A stretch of DNA of 64,000 bases from an uncultured Nitrososphaeraceae archaeon (GCA_963779615.1 CAVZZA010000005.1:416001-480000); one strand, 5' to 3'. Positions 43,806 to 54,676 are shown, numbered from the stretch's first letter. Notes: generated by a model from the letters alone, not told the origin. Program-made: numbers and translations.

Positions 43806-45215
43806 TTATTGTTTTGCAGAGCGCCTGCCTATTCCCTTAAATAAACCCGCATCAAAGGAACCATGATTCAACAGGCCCCGACCGTCATATATTGGAGTTT
43901 TTCCCGTTTTTTCTTGTGACAAATCAGAATATTCATTGTGATCTGTGGCCAGTATTATCAAGTCCCGATTCTTAATAGAAAAATCAAGATCATTCGTAAT
44001 CTTGATTGTTTTGTGCTTAGATGCCAATAAGTCGTCTTTTGCTAGCGGGTCATGAATTACGATGTTTGTGATTTTCAATTGTAACAATTTTCTTACCAAA
44101 TCATATGTAGGGGAAAGACGGGTATCTGAAACTCCACCCCTAAAGGCCAATCCCAGAATAGTTATTTTGGGTTTCTTTCTATCTTTTTTCTTTGATATCA
44201 GCCCTAATGCTTTGGATAACGCATAAGACGGCATGCCATCATTTATCACTCTGCCTGTTTTTGTAAGCCTGCAGTCAACCCTGTTTTTACCTGCCACCTC
44301 CAAGATAAACTGAGGATAAACCGGAATGCAAGCCCCACCAACCCCTATACCAGGTTTGTGGATGTGACAAAATGGTTGAGAATTGGCAGCGTTTTGGGCC
44401 TCCCAAAAGTCAATTCCCAATTTTTCACTCAAAACAGACAACTCATTTGCAAGCGCAATGTTAACATCCCTATAGATGCCCTCGAATAATTTCTCAGCTT
44501 CCGCGGTTTCAATCCTGGAAATTATTATAACGCCTTTTTTAAAAAGCATGGAGAATACTTTTTCGGCCAACTCTTCACTGTATTTTTCCAGTCCCGCAAC
44601 AATTCCAGGATGACCTTCCTCTATATCAAAAATTGCGCGGCCCTCATAGATTCTTTCTGGGTTGTAGATAACGAAAAAATCCTTGCCCGCCTTTAATTTA
44701 CTTGTTTTTTCCAACAGTGGGACCAAAAATTTTTCCGTTGTTAATGGAGGGACTGTTGGGTGAAGGGAAACAATGTCATTTTTTTGTAAGCCCATGCCTA
44801 TGGATGATGCGACCTCTTTGACAGCTTCAAGATCCGCTTTTTTATTTTTAATCGATACAGGAACGCAAATCATTTTCAGTTTTGAGTCAGCGGAGGCTTT
44901 GACAGGATCGTCATAAACTACAAATCTTCCATTTTTTATCCCCTCGCTAAAAGCCTCATTCACACCGGGTTCAGGTATGTGCGTAATCCCTTTTTTTGCG
45001 TTTTCTGTCACCTTTTGCGATTTATCGATACCAATTACAGTCATACCAGCCCTAAGCCACGATGATGCAATGGGTGCACCCACATGGCCCAAGCCATACA
45101 CAGCTATAAGATATTCACCAGACTGGAATTTTTTTGCAACTGATCCTGGTGTTTCCAAGTCTAAAGAAATTTTTGATAAGGGCTTTTCCCCATTTTTGTC
45201 TTTCAGTCGTTTCAT
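43806..45215 (-). CDS. Nucleotide-sugar dehydrogenase (UDP-N-acetylhexosamine type)
   Basis: GLGHVG, NPERI, RDVNIALANE, PGIGVGGACIP. Confidence 0.9.
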   Translation of the reverse strand: MKRLKDKNGEKPLSKISLDLETPGSVAKKFQSGEYLIAVYGLGHVGAPIASSWLRAGMTVIGIDKSQKVTENAKKGITHIPEPGVNEAFSEGIKNGRFVVYDDPVKASADSKLKMICVPVSIKNKKADLEAVKEVASSIGMGLQKNDIVSLHPTVPPLTTEKFLVPLLEKTSKLKAGKDFFVIYNPERIYEGRAIFDIEEGHPGIVAGLEKYSEELAEKVFSMLFKKGVIIISRIETAEAEKLFEGIYRDVNIALANELSVLSEKLGIDFWEAQNAANSQPFCHIHKPGIGVGGACIPVYPQFILEVAGKNRVDCRLTKTGRVINDGMPSYALSKALGLISKKKDRKKPKITILGLAFRGGVSDTRLSPTYDLVRKLLQLKITNIVIHDPLAKDDLLASKHKTIKITNDLDFSIKNRDLIILATDHNEYSDLSQEKTGKTPIYDGRGLLNHGSFDAGLFKGIGRRSAKQ

Positions 45216-45911
45216 AAACTGTTGATTTATTAACTTGTTAACCTGTTATTATATCTTGGTTCCGGTGTCCATCCAAACAGAATTTAAAAAACAATCAAAA
45301 TCAAAAGTAATTTTTTGTTTGTTTTGCAAAGTGTTAATGTTACCATTAAATATGCTGAACATGTTTAAGTGAAATTGCCTTGCAGTCCCTAATAGAGTAT
45401 CCGAATGGAAAGGAGAATGGTGCTGCATGACCAGTGATTACGGCATTTGTGTTTACATCATATTCTGTATCTCTATCAATTTGGGTTTCAAAAAATCTCG
45501 GCTACAGCACAATCAAAAAACTTTAATGCACAACAAGAAATGAGTCCCACAAACAGAATATTAAGAATCCCCGTCATCAGTTCCATTTTACAAGGTTAAT
45601 GTTTTAAAGTTGAAGTTTTGTGGTCAAGGGACACCCTTTACCTATTGACAACCTACCGGCTATGGAGGGAAACAAATCATTCCATGCGAATTGCTTGATT
45701 TTTTGCTAGAATCACCATAACAATAATCATAAATAGTTGTAACAAGTCCAGCAATAATATTTCCACGCATAGACATATTCGCGAAGGCAAAACAAAACAG
45801 AAATAAATAAATAATTAAATTAAATGCATATCCACACTCATCACACAGCATAAAATAATTCTAAAAAGGAAAACAGAAAAATTACAGCTTGTTACATCAT
45901 ATTAATGAATA

Positions 45912-46289
45912 ATGAGCATCGAACTCTACTCGCTAAATATAGCTGGTTCAGAATGGTTCATTCTAATAATTACAGTATTCATTATTCTTGTTCCAACTAA
46001 AATAACTAGCATAACAAAGACCCTTGGCAAAGTAGTTGGTGAATATGAAAAGGCAAAAAATAATCTACTCAATGAAAAAAACAATCTATTACGGCAGACA
46101 ACAACGACAACAGCATCATTAAACCAGCAACAACAAAAATATAGCGGACCGAACATTCAGAGGCCGGTATCGTCTGAACGCGAAAAACTAGAAATAATTG
46201 CCAAATCCCTCAACTTAGACATAGAAAACAAATCTGACGATGATTCGAGAAACCTCATCTCCTCCAGGTTAAAAGAAACCCAAATATGA
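45912..46289 (+). CDS. tatA: TatA/E-family translocase subunit
   Basis: GSEW, TM helix, P, amphipathic helix LGKVVGEYEKAK. Confidence 0.75.
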   Translation: MSIELYSLNIAGSEWFILIITVFIILVPTKITSITKTLGKVVGEYEKAKNNLLNEKNNLLRQTTTTTASLNQQQQKYSGPNIQRPVSSEREKLEIIAKSLNLDIENKSDDDSRNLISSRLKETQI

Positions 46290-46387
46290 TTTAAATGATG
46301 CCTGTTTCTTCTGCTTCCGACAACTTCAAAAACTAATCGAGTCCATGCGGATTCCAATAGACAGGAATGATGTCAGGTAACGCTAAG

Positions 46388-46999
46388 CTATTGTGGCGGT
46401 TTTAATAACTCAGCTTCTAGCAATTGCTGGATCAACTGAACCACCTCTTGTTCAATCTGTTGTCTTGGCAGGTTCAGTTTTGACGAGAAGTTATCGGCTA
46501 ATTGATTGATTGTTTTAGTCCCATCACAATTCTGCCAAAAATCTACAATATTGTCGTTTACCATAAAACCCTGTCCCTTTTCATTCACTAACGATAAAGA
46601 ACCATCTTCCTGATTCAGTACCTTTCCGTTTTTTGACGGCATATAGGTATTATAATCAATTTGAAACCTCAGTGTAGGTTTGCCGTATCCTAGTTTTTCT
46701 CGAACAGCAGGGTTCATTTTTTCAATTGACCATGGCGGGTCCCATACAATCTCGACATTAACCGAGCCGATTCCCTCCAGTTTGTTTAAGTATCTCTTAA
46801 CATCACTAACCAAGGTATCATGCAATGGACATCCCCTTGTAGTCATGGTCATTTTGATGTCTACGTTGTTTTTGTCAGATACGCTCACACCATAAATCAA
46901 ACCCAAATCAACTACATTGACTGGAACTTCAGGATCCATGCATTTTCGTAGTTCTGAAAATACCTGTTCTTTTGTAACTTGCTGTTGTGGATTCACCAT
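46388..46999 (-). CDS. DUF59/SufT-like metal-sulfur cluster assembly factor with C-terminal PqqD-like domain
   Basis: DPEVPVNVVDLGLIY, TTRGCP, WDPPW; C-terminal FWQNCDGTKTINQLA. Confidence 0.82.
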   Translation of the reverse strand: MVNPQQQVTKEQVFSELRKCMDPEVPVNVVDLGLIYGVSVSDKNNVDIKMTMTTRGCPLHDTLVSDVKRYLNKLEGIGSVNVEIVWDPPWSIEKMNPAVREKLGYGKPTLRFQIDYNTYMPSKNGKVLNQEDGSLSLVNEKGQGFMVNDNIVDFWQNCDGTKTINQLADNFSSKLNLPRQQIEQEVVQLIQQLLEAELLKPPQ

Positions 47000-47059
47000 T
47001 CAAAGTTTATTGAACTGCTTTTTAAATTTTGTTTATTTGATATTTATAGCCCGCCTGAC

Positions 47060-48124
47060 TCATCCCATGCCAAATGCATCAGAAATGCTTTTTTCGAAAG
47101 GGGGTTTCAAAACTCCCTTTTCCGTTATTATGCCTGTAATCAGGTTTGGTGGAGTCAGGTCGAATGCGGGATTAAAAACTCTAACCCCTTTTGGGGCTAT
47201 TCTTTTACCACCTATTTTAACCACCTCTTCGACAGATCGCTCTTCAATAACAATCTTATCCGGATTATCCTGCTTCAAATCAAAAGTGGAAAGGGGAGCA
47301 GCCACATAAAATGGAATATTGTGTGAATTGGCCAACAGGGCAACCTGATAGGTTCCAATCTTGTTAAACACATGACCTGTTTTTAATATCCTATCTGCAC
47401 CTACTATCACCTTATCAATCATATTGTTCGCCATAAGATGGCCCACCGCAGTATCTGGGATTAAACTGACATCAATTTCATCATGAACCAATTCAAAAGC
47501 GGTAAGTCTCGAACCCTGCATTACGGGTCTTGTTTCTGTTGCAAATACACTTATTTTTTTTCCGGATTCCTTGGCAGATCTAATGACACCGAGTGCGGTC
47601 CCATAAGACACAGTGGCCAACGCCCCGGCATTACAATGGGTCATTATTACATCACCTGTATCAATCAGGGCGGAGCCAAACCTTCCCATATTTTTGTTAG
47701 TTTGTATATCATCATCAGACATTTCTTTAACCAGTTTGACTAAATTTTCTTTAATGTCCTGAACAGTTTCGTGTTTCCCGGACTCTTCCATCATTTTATC
47801 CAAACCCCATTTCAAATTAACAGCAGTCGGCCTGGTATGTAACAAAACCTTATAAGCATTTTCAAGGCTCGACATCAAGCCCTTCTTGTTATCAGAATTA
47901 TCGTTAACAGCACAAAGTGCAAGCCCCATAGCGGCCGCAACACCAATTGCGGGAGCCCCCCTAATGGACAGGTTTTTTATTGCGTCCGCTACATGATTGT
48001 GAGTTTTACAGACAATGTACTCCAGGTTTTCAGGCAATTTTGTCTGATCAATCAATTTGACAGACCCCGATTCCTCATCCCAAGTTACAGTCAATAAGGG
48101 ATTGTTATTATCATTCATAGACAT
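47060..48124 (-). CDS. mtnA: Methylthioribose-1-phosphate isomerase
   Basis: IRGAPAIG, RPTAVNL, THCNAGALAT, ETRP, GADRI, NKIGTY. Confidence 0.93.
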   Translation of the reverse strand: MSMNDNNNPLLTVTWDEESGSVKLIDQTKLPENLEYIVCKTHNHVADAIKNLSIRGAPAIGVAAAMGLALCAVNDNSDNKKGLMSSLENAYKVLLHTRPTAVNLKWGLDKMMEESGKHETVQDIKENLVKLVKEMSDDDIQTNKNMGRFGSALIDTGDVIMTHCNAGALATVSYGTALGVIRSAKESGKKISVFATETRPVMQGSRLTAFELVHDEIDVSLIPDTAVGHLMANNMIDKVIVGADRILKTGHVFNKIGTYQVALLANSHNIPFYVAAPLSTFDLKQDNPDKIVIEERSVEEVVKIGGKRIAPKGVRVFNPAFDLTPPNLITGIITEKGVLKPPFEKSISDAFGMG

Positions 48125-48211
48125 GATGTCACATATTGGACAGAGATTATTTATTTCTATTAACTTCGCGATTCAACAAATTTTTCTACTTGGACATCTA
48201 CTTTTTTACGT

Positions 48212-48592
48212 ATGGACAATGAACTGAATGAAATCCTACAAACACCAAAAAGAAAACTTGTTGTTTCCCTATCAGACATTGCATTGAACAAAAATCGTGA
48301 CAATATTGACAACATAGTGTTTATTCTGATGGTGGAGGAATCGCGTGGGGCCGCAGGAGGAAGAGGAGGGGGATCCGGAAACAGGAAAATTGACAAAGTA
48401 ATAGGCTTCAAAACTAACAATAACAACCATATAAAAGTTTTTGAAACAGAAAACGCGGACTTGATTGAAAAATTTGACATACCATATAATGCTGTGGCCA
48501 TGGACATAACTCTGGAATCAGGAGAGCCGCATGTGGTACAAGGCATAGTTGACAAAGAAATGATAAATTCGTATTTGAAAATAATAGAATAG
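48212..48592 (+). CDS. Conserved hypothetical protein
   Basis: Clean ORF with EESRGAAGGRGGGSG segment. Confidence 0.7.
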   Translation: MDNELNEILQTPKRKLVVSLSDIALNKNRDNIDNIVFILMVEESRGAAGGRGGGSGNRKIDKVIGFKTNNNNHIKVFETENADLIEKFDIPYNAVAMDITLESGEPHVVQGIVDKEMINSYLKIIE

Positions 48593-48594
48593 CC

Positions 48595-49074
48595 CTACAT
48601 GCCTTTATTTCTTTTAATGTGCACATAGTAAAAGTGTTCACGTTTGCAATTCAATGAACAAAACTCAGATACGCAAATATTTTTGCTCTCAAATCCACAT
48701 TTTATCGGTTCTATGTCATTGAATTTGTTATTGCAGAAAGTGCAAACAAATTCAAGGGAGGGTATTTCTTTTCCTGTAAAATAGGGGCCACACTTTCTTT
48801 TTTCCTTATACCACAGTATTTTATAACTAGTTTTCTCTATAAATGTCATGACTCTGTCATATGCCTCATAAAAACCAGCGGCGTAAAACTGCCTGTAACT
48901 AATGCCCTTTAGGGTCTCTGATCGAATATAGGCCACAATCCATTTTTCCTCTATAGGGGGGTCTAGTCCACACACCACTTCCTTCTCTTCCTCCCAATAT
49001 TCCTCCTCTTTTTTCGTAGAAACATCATCACTGTTGTGATCCTCCTGGTGAGGAGGGAGACCACTGTCATCCAT
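48595..49074 (-). CDS. Hypothetical protein with C-terminal Zn-binding Cys cluster
   Basis: CTFC, C..C, FCSLNCKREH; start overlaps the priS stop. Confidence 0.7.
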   Translation of the reverse strand: MDDSGLPPHQEDHNSDDVSTKKEEEYWEEEKEVVCGLDPPIEEKWIVAYIRSETLKGISYRQFYAAGFYEAYDRVMTFIEKTSYKILWYKEKRKCGPYFTGKEIPSLEFVCTFCNNKFNDIEPIKCGFESKNICVSEFCSLNCKREHFYYVHIKRNKGM

Positions 49075-50398
49075 TTTGGATCTCTTTTGGATTAATATTT
49101 GCCAATCCTTTACTTATCATATAAACAGCGACAAACTCAGGAACATGGTTTAGGCCGCTGGTTACCTCATATTGGTTTCCTTTAAAAGCAAGAGAAATGT
49201 CAACCATAGAGTTGATGTTTACTTTGGATTTATCAAAAAAACAAGCGTCTTTGAATGGATCAAAAGAATCAAGATTACTGCAAAGAATTTTGGCCAAACC
49301 ACTTTTGCTATTTAACGATCCGTTTAATCGGAATATTCTGTGTATATCCATTGTAACCATGGGATCGATTTTTACGGAAAGCTCTTCGACTGTCTTTGAA
49401 ACTATTTGCTGAAAATCACAATCCCAAGAATTTTCTAGCTTTTCTATTTGTTTAATAAAGGCATTGTCTGCGTTTTTGCCTGAAGAAAAACCAACTTTGA
49501 GTTTTTTTAAAACCCTATCCCTCCAACCCGCATCCAGTAGCTGCTTGTTTTTTAACAGCGGCACAAACTGTTTTTCGTTATTTTTTTTTATTCCCAATGT
49601 TTCCAGTTTAAAACCCTTGCCTAAAAGATAACTTGAGATTTCAGACCGCTCACTGGAAAGCAATCCATAGTAATCTCCATCTGCGATATGCAAATGAAAT
49701 CCATTGTTGCCTGAAAAGTATACGGATATGACCTTATTGCTTATTCCGAAATCCTCAGTTAAAAATTTTATTAGCTTTTTTACCTCCTTTTTTAAAAGAA
49801 ACACACAACTTTTACACGGGATATCAATAACGAATAATTTGGAGCCACTGCAATTACTGCATTTGTCAGAAATGCCACCATGTATAAAACTACAAGCATG
49901 GCATTTTGTATAATTATGTTTTAAGGCACAATCAAGATGCAGGTCCTTCCCATCAATATCAAATATCAGTTCTGAACCATGCCATTCTTTTTTATCCATA
50001 GGATCGCTTGGGTTTCGATAAAAAGAGGATGAACAATAGACATCAGAAGGGGAAAACTTCAAAACAAAAGCATACAGTTCGCCGGGATTGCTAAATGACA
50101 GGTGACGGTACATTTTTTCGTCATAGTATCGGAAACCAAATTCACGCTGGTTTATCTTTTCAGGTAAACCAACATTTGCAAAATACCCAAAATAATATTT
50201 TTTAAAAGTTTTTTTTAACCATAGTTGGTCATTGCCATTGTTGGCATTCGAACCTTCATATTGCGTTTTTGCATTGGTGTCCCCTATTTCTTTCTCTTTT
50301 CCTTTCTCGCCCTCTTTTGCAGTATCAGAAATACCAGTTAAGTCACTTGTGCTGCTGCTGCTGCTGTCGTATGGAAGGATCATGTTAATTATTATCAT
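49067..50398 (-). CDS. priS: DNA primase small (catalytic) subunit
   Basis: REFGF, ELIFDID, FSGNNGFHLH, IDPMVTMDIHRIFRL; exact start uncertain. Confidence 0.93.
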   Translation of the reverse strand: MIIINMILPYDSSSSSTSDLTGISDTAKEGEKGKEKEIGDTNAKTQYEGSNANNGNDQLWLKKTFKKYYFGYFANVGLPEKINQREFGFRYYDEKMYRHLSFSNPGELYAFVLKFSPSDVYCSSSFYRNPSDPMDKKEWHGSELIFDIDGKDLHLDCALKHNYTKCHACSFIHGGISDKCSNCSGSKLFVIDIPCKSCVFLLKKEVKKLIKFLTEDFGISNKVISVYFSGNNGFHLHIADGDYYGLLSSERSEISSYLLGKGFKLETLGIKKNNEKQFVPLLKNKQLLDAGWRDRVLKKLKVGFSSGKNADNAFIKQIEKLENSWDCDFQQIVSKTVEELSVKIDPMVTMDIHRIFRLNGSLNSKSGLAKILCSNLDSFDPFKDACFFDKSKVNINSMVDISLAFKGNQYEVTSGLNHVPEFVAVYMISKGLANINPKEIQNG

Positions 50399-51455
50399 CC
50401 ATTCCTCTGCTTCTTCTTCCCCTCAGTAACTGAATAGGGTTGATGATGCCTTTACACACTTCAGTTTCATAACACAAATTTTCCAATTTTATTTTTTCAC
50501 ATGAAGGAACGAAATATTTTTTTGAACCACCCTTTTTCCCCGACAAATGTTCAAGTTGATATCTGGTTATTCTCTCGTTAAAGTCAGGCAATTTCTTGAA
50601 AATCTCCACTATTTCTTCAATGCTTTTACCTGAAAACAACAAAAAAGTCGCCAATAACAATCTCGCAGAATGTGGCAAATTTTCCCCATTGTTCAAAATT
50701 TTATAAAGGTGATCGATACATGGAGGGGTTACAGCGTGTTTATTCACAAAGCCGTCGTCGGCGCCAGCAGAATCAGACCACCTTTTATTGACAGACTCCC
50801 AGTAACTTTTTAAGTATTGTGATTTATTTATCACCTGATTAGGAAATGTAGCTAATTTCATATTTTTGATTTTATCAACAATTATCAGACTTAGTTCGTT
50901 TCTGAACAATCTCACCACCTCAGTAACGGTGAGATATACATATCCATCCTTGACCGTCCTGTTTATTAACTTCCATTCCTGTTCATGAAAAACGATAGAA
51001 CGCCGGATATATTCAATAACCCTAATCTTGTAAAACTCGCTGATTTTAGTTTCAGAATACACATCAATTTTAAAAACTTCCTTGAAAATTTTAAACAATA
51101 CCAACCTTTTTTTCTCGTCCTTAAAGGAATTTTTTAAATCATCTATGAGGTATTTTTCAAACCTCATTGATTCCAGTAATGCAAACTTTTTTGTTATCAC
51201 ATCAACTGAAACTGATTTCAAAATCAACAAAGATGCCAGAAATGTCAAAATCTCGACCTCAAACTTTTCCAGATTGTAGTTTGATTCCCCAACTTTTAAA
51301 AAATCTTCAATCTTTTTGAAAGATCTGTTTATTATATAATCCATTTCACCTCTGTCAAATTCTTGTAAATCAAAATGAGTTTCTTTAACATATAAGGCAG
51401 CTTCATTCAGAAAAGGATATTTGGCTAAATCATTCGTACCTAGTTTTATAGACAA
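50385..51455 (-). CDS. priL: DNA primase large subunit
   Basis: AKYPFL, PPCI, HSARLLL, PDFNERITRYQLEH, PSC and Fe-S Cys. Confidence 0.92.
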   Translation of the reverse strand: MSIKLGTNDLAKYPFLNEAALYVKETHFDLQEFDRGEMDYIINRSFKKIEDFLKVGESNYNLEKFEVEILTFLASLLILKSVSVDVITKKFALLESMRFEKYLIDDLKNSFKDEKKRLVLFKIFKEVFKIDVYSETKISEFYKIRVIEYIRRSIVFHEQEWKLINRTVKDGYVYLTVTEVVRLFRNELSLIIVDKIKNMKLATFPNQVINKSQYLKSYWESVNKRWSDSAGADDGFVNKHAVTPPCIDHLYKILNNGENLPHSARLLLATFLLFSGKSIEEIVEIFKKLPDFNERITRYQLEHLSGKKGGSKKYFVPSCEKIKLENLCYETEVCKGIINPIQLLRGRRSRGMDDNN

Positions 51456-51554
51456 TTTATCTTAATATAATATTACATTCATCAATTAAGGATTTTTGTC
51501 AATAAAACAAATAAATTTAGAGAATATTAAATATTGATGGTAGTAGATAGGTTT

Positions 51555-51713
51555 ATGGAGAAATTACAATTATCAGAGCCTTGCAAAAATCTAAAACATT
51601 CAGATTGCAAAGAATGTATGTGTAATTGTCATGTGCCAGGCACAATGGAAAACCTGGCTAGAAAGATATCTTTGCTTGACAAAACACAGCCAGGGTTTGG
51701 AGAAACCATATAG
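51555..51713 (+). CDS. 52-aa Cys/His-rich small protein (below ORF-track cutoff)
   Basis: MEKLQLSEPCKNLKHSDCKECMCNCHVPGTMENLARKISLLDKTQPGFGETI; TATA-like TTAAATA about 28 bp upstream. Confidence 0.65.
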   Translation: MEKLQLSEPCKNLKHSDCKECMCNCHVPGTMENLARKISLLDKTQPGFGETI

Positions 51714-51796
51714 CATAAAAAAATTAAAGCGCCAGCAGCAGGCAACTACTTATCATCAACTCCAATCCAAAACAAAAAATCAATTATTTTAAGCCG

Positions 51797-52912
51797 TTAA
51801 TTACTCGTTGAATTATCTTCTTCCTCCTCCTCTACCAACTTACTAAGATTGCTAGTGCTAGTATCATCATCGGCATTAGCAACAGTAGGCAGGCCATTGT
51901 CTTCTGGGATATCAATAACCGTATCAGAACTTGACCAAAACTTGGGATATGTGTTGGGTTTCATAACAATTCTTTTAATCTTAAACGACATGCCTTTTTT
52001 TTGTTTAAAAAAATCATCAAAAGATAACAACGACGTTCCCAACCCAACAATTTCACCCTTTTGAGTATAAATTCCAACAAGATCGTCTTTTTGCAAGTTT
52101 TCAGGTATGGAAATAACCCCGGGCAAAGCCAACTGCGCACCATGACACAAGGCATCAACAGCAGTATCCCTAATAGTTACAGCAGGAATCTTGGTTAATG
52201 CGGACTCTATAGGAAGGATTAACTTTCGTAGTTTGTCCTCTTCTTTTCTTTCCTTATAAAGAAAAAATGCATCCACCAGATCATGAAGCCTGACAAAGTC
52301 CTTCTCGTCTGCAAAGTTCCACACCCTAGTCCTCCTTAGTTCAATCATAGAGGCACCTGCTTCAAGAACTTCGCCAATATCATAAATCAATTTTCGAATG
52401 TATGTACCAGACTCGCACAAAACTCTTAATAACACAAGCCTATCGAACTGATCCAACAAGTCCATTTCATATATCGTCCTTATTCGGGTTTGACGCCTTA
52501 CAGAAGATCTTTGGGGGGGCTTTTGAAAAATTGGCCCCGTAAATTCCTTTATGATTTTTGTAAGTTTTTCAACAGGAATGTGATTATGGATCCTGGCCAG
52601 TGCAACATATTCCTTTGATCCCAACAATAAAACCGGAACAATTTTCGTGCCTTCTCCCAAACCTATTGGCAATAATCCAGTGGTGCCTGGATCAAGGGTG
52701 CCACTGTGTCCAGCCTTTTCCAATCCCAATATTTTTTTGACATACGATACAATCTCGTGGCTCGTATGGCTTGGAGGCTTATCCAACAGGATTAACCCGT
52801 AATTAAGCAAATCCTGAATTGGACGTTTAAATGGATAGTAACCATAACTTTCATTGGTTGTACTTTCATCTATTTTTATCAAATTTTCCAATTGAGGCAG
52901 ATTTTGATCCAT
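51797..52912 (-). CDS. cbf5: H/ACA pseudouridine synthase Cbf5 (TruB family)
   Basis: LDKP, GHSGTLDP, QKPPQRSSVRR, SGTYIR, PUA domain. Confidence 0.95.
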   Translation of the reverse strand: MDQNLPQLENLIKIDESTTNESYGYYPFKRPIQDLLNYGLILLDKPPSHTSHEIVSYVKKILGLEKAGHSGTLDPGTTGLLPIGLGEGTKIVPVLLLGSKEYVALARIHNHIPVEKLTKIIKEFTGPIFQKPPQRSSVRRQTRIRTIYEMDLLDQFDRLVLLRVLCESGTYIRKLIYDIGEVLEAGASMIELRRTRVWNFADEKDFVRLHDLVDAFFLYKERKEEDKLRKLILPIESALTKIPAVTIRDTAVDALCHGAQLALPGVISIPENLQKDDLVGIYTQKGEIVGLGTSLLSFDDFFKQKKGMSFKIKRIVMKPNTYPKFWSSSDTVIDIPEDNGLPTVANADDDTSTSNLSKLVEEEEEDNSTSN

Positions 52913-52943
52913 AGGCTTTCTACACTAGAATGGCATAAATAAA

Positions 52944-53588
52944 TCAAGAACTCATGACATCTTTAACAATTTTTTTGGACAAGTCTACCAGGGATTCCAA
53001 AGGCAATAGATCGGTATTGAATGCAAAGTCAAATACATCTAATTTTTCACCAAAATCAAAGTTATAGATTTTTTTATAGATCAACTTGTTTTCATTATCC
53101 CTCCTCAGAACAATTTTTTTTGCCTCATCGACAATGATGTTGTCCCTCATAGCCATCCTTTTTGCCCTATTGTCTACAGAACCCTGCAGCCAAAAATTAA
53201 TTGTAGCATCGGCAATCCAGGGAAGCGTATAACTAGTAATCACAACATTTCCGCCATTAACTATTTCAATCAATCTGTTATCCACCTCTTTATCAAAATT
53301 CGGGTCGGAATTTCTCTCATTCATAAAAACTAAGGCCTCCTCTGTGTCCCACCAGTCATGATTTAATGAAGAAGAGTATCCCCGTTCAAAGGCCATAGTC
53401 TTTAGAATATCCCCTCCATTGCATAGTTTTAGGTTAAAGTCTTTGGCTATACTTTCTGCGATGGTGGTTTTGCCCACGGCTGGCCACCCAGAGATCACTA
53501 TGCTTACTTTCCTTTTGCCATCATTATAAACAACATCATTTTTATCATTTAATATTTTTTTAACACCATTTGTTTCATTCGATCCCAT
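52944..53588 (-). CDS. cmk: Cytidylate kinase (archaeal type)
   Basis: ISGWPAVGKTT P-loop, DKEVD; start placed at MGSNETN rather than 53783. Confidence 0.85.
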   Translation of the reverse strand: MGSNETNGVKKILNDKNDVVYNDGKRKVSIVISGWPAVGKTTIAESIAKDFNLKLCNGGDILKTMAFERGYSSSLNHDWWDTEEALVFMNERNSDPNFDKEVDNRLIEIVNGGNVVITSYTLPWIADATINFWLQGSVDNRAKRMAMRDNIIVDEAKKIVLRRDNENKLIYKKIYNFDFGEKLDVFDFAFNTDLLPLESLVDLSKKIVKDVMSS

Positions 53589-53957
53589 TTTTAACACTAA
53601 AACTAGATTTTTCTCTTTTTCGACTGCTATATATATAAAGGTTTGAAAAAAGACATGCAATACAAATAAGAGGAAATTTCCCTGGCGGATAAAGCCCTGT
53701 TGTGTAATTGATGAACCCATTGCAAATACACAAACAAACACAAGAATGTGACATACCCATTTATGAAAATGCAGCACATCCATGAGATCGCTTTAACCAT
53801 ATGCTTTCGCAGATTTCAGCAGCCTTTGACATCCTTTTATCCTAATCCAGGCAATATGATATAACATCAAGCGCGCAACCATTTTATAAAAGCAATAGTG
53901 TGGTAAATCAATAGTCAAAGACATACAAATAGGCCGATTCCCAATCGTCTCATTTGC

Positions 53958-54530
53958 TCAATGAATGATGGTCTTGCAAATCCTCATAGTCGCCTCCTCA
54001 AGCTGACCGTCATTATTTGGAATGATTGAAAATGGGCACCCGGCAAAAATGGAACTTGAGGCAATCATTATTTTGGATACATTCAGTTCATTGGATATAT
54101 CATCTATGGAAATCATGTCTCTCTGCCTTGCGGCATCTGTTTTGCGTCTTTCATAGACTTCTTCAGAATTTGCAGTGAGTAATATTAAATGGGAGGGATT
54201 CAATATTTTCAGTAATTTATAGGGTATTCCGGGATAGTATCCCTCTACAGTATTTATGAAAAGATGCGTGTCTATGAGAACCACCTCATTTTTAAACAAA
54301 AATACGGCATTAGCAGTCATTTCCTGCAGTGACCTTTGTTCATCGAGGGACAATTTTCTAAGCTCATCTCTGTTTGATATAGATAAAAGTTTAGCCTGCT
54401 CAAACATCAATGTCCCAAACTCCGCAATTTTAATATCCACTCCCTGGTTGGAGAGAGTGTTCAAAACATTTGTTATAACAGTAGATTTTCCAACACCCGG
54501 AATTCCGACTATTATAACCCTTTTAGTCAT
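53958..54530 (-). CDS. adkA: Adenylate kinase (archaeal type)
   Basis: GIPGVGKST, RDELRKL, IDTH, GYYPG. Confidence 0.93.
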   Translation of the reverse strand: MTKRVIIVGIPGVGKSTVITNVLNTLSNQGVDIKIAEFGTLMFEQAKLLSISNRDELRKLSLDEQRSLQEMTANAVFLFKNEVVLIDTHLFINTVEGYYPGIPYKLLKILNPSHLILLTANSEEVYERRKTDAARQRDMISIDDISNELNVSKIMIASSSIFAGCPFSIIPNNDGQLEEATMRICKTIIH

Positions 54531-54599
54531 GATCTTTAATAAAAAAGTTAACCATTATTTTTATCTTTATAATGCAATGTGTAATAACGAATAAAGCCA

Positions 54600-54649
54600 A
54601 AAAAAAAATAGAAAGTGAAAAAATCTTGATTTACGTTTAAATCAAGATT
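54600..54649 (-). terminator. Hairpin plus T-tract after secY
   Basis: AATCTTGATTT (54622) / AAATCAAGATT (54639) inverted repeat; T-rich run follows on the minus strand. Confidence 0.5.
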
Positions 54650-54676
54650 CGGCCTGATGAGCACCACTATGGCAGT

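Noticed and set aside
53589-53783. 65-aa hydrophobic N-terminal extension of Cmk
   Set aside because: Spans a TATA-like box near 53630; the downstream ATG at 53588 is more plausible
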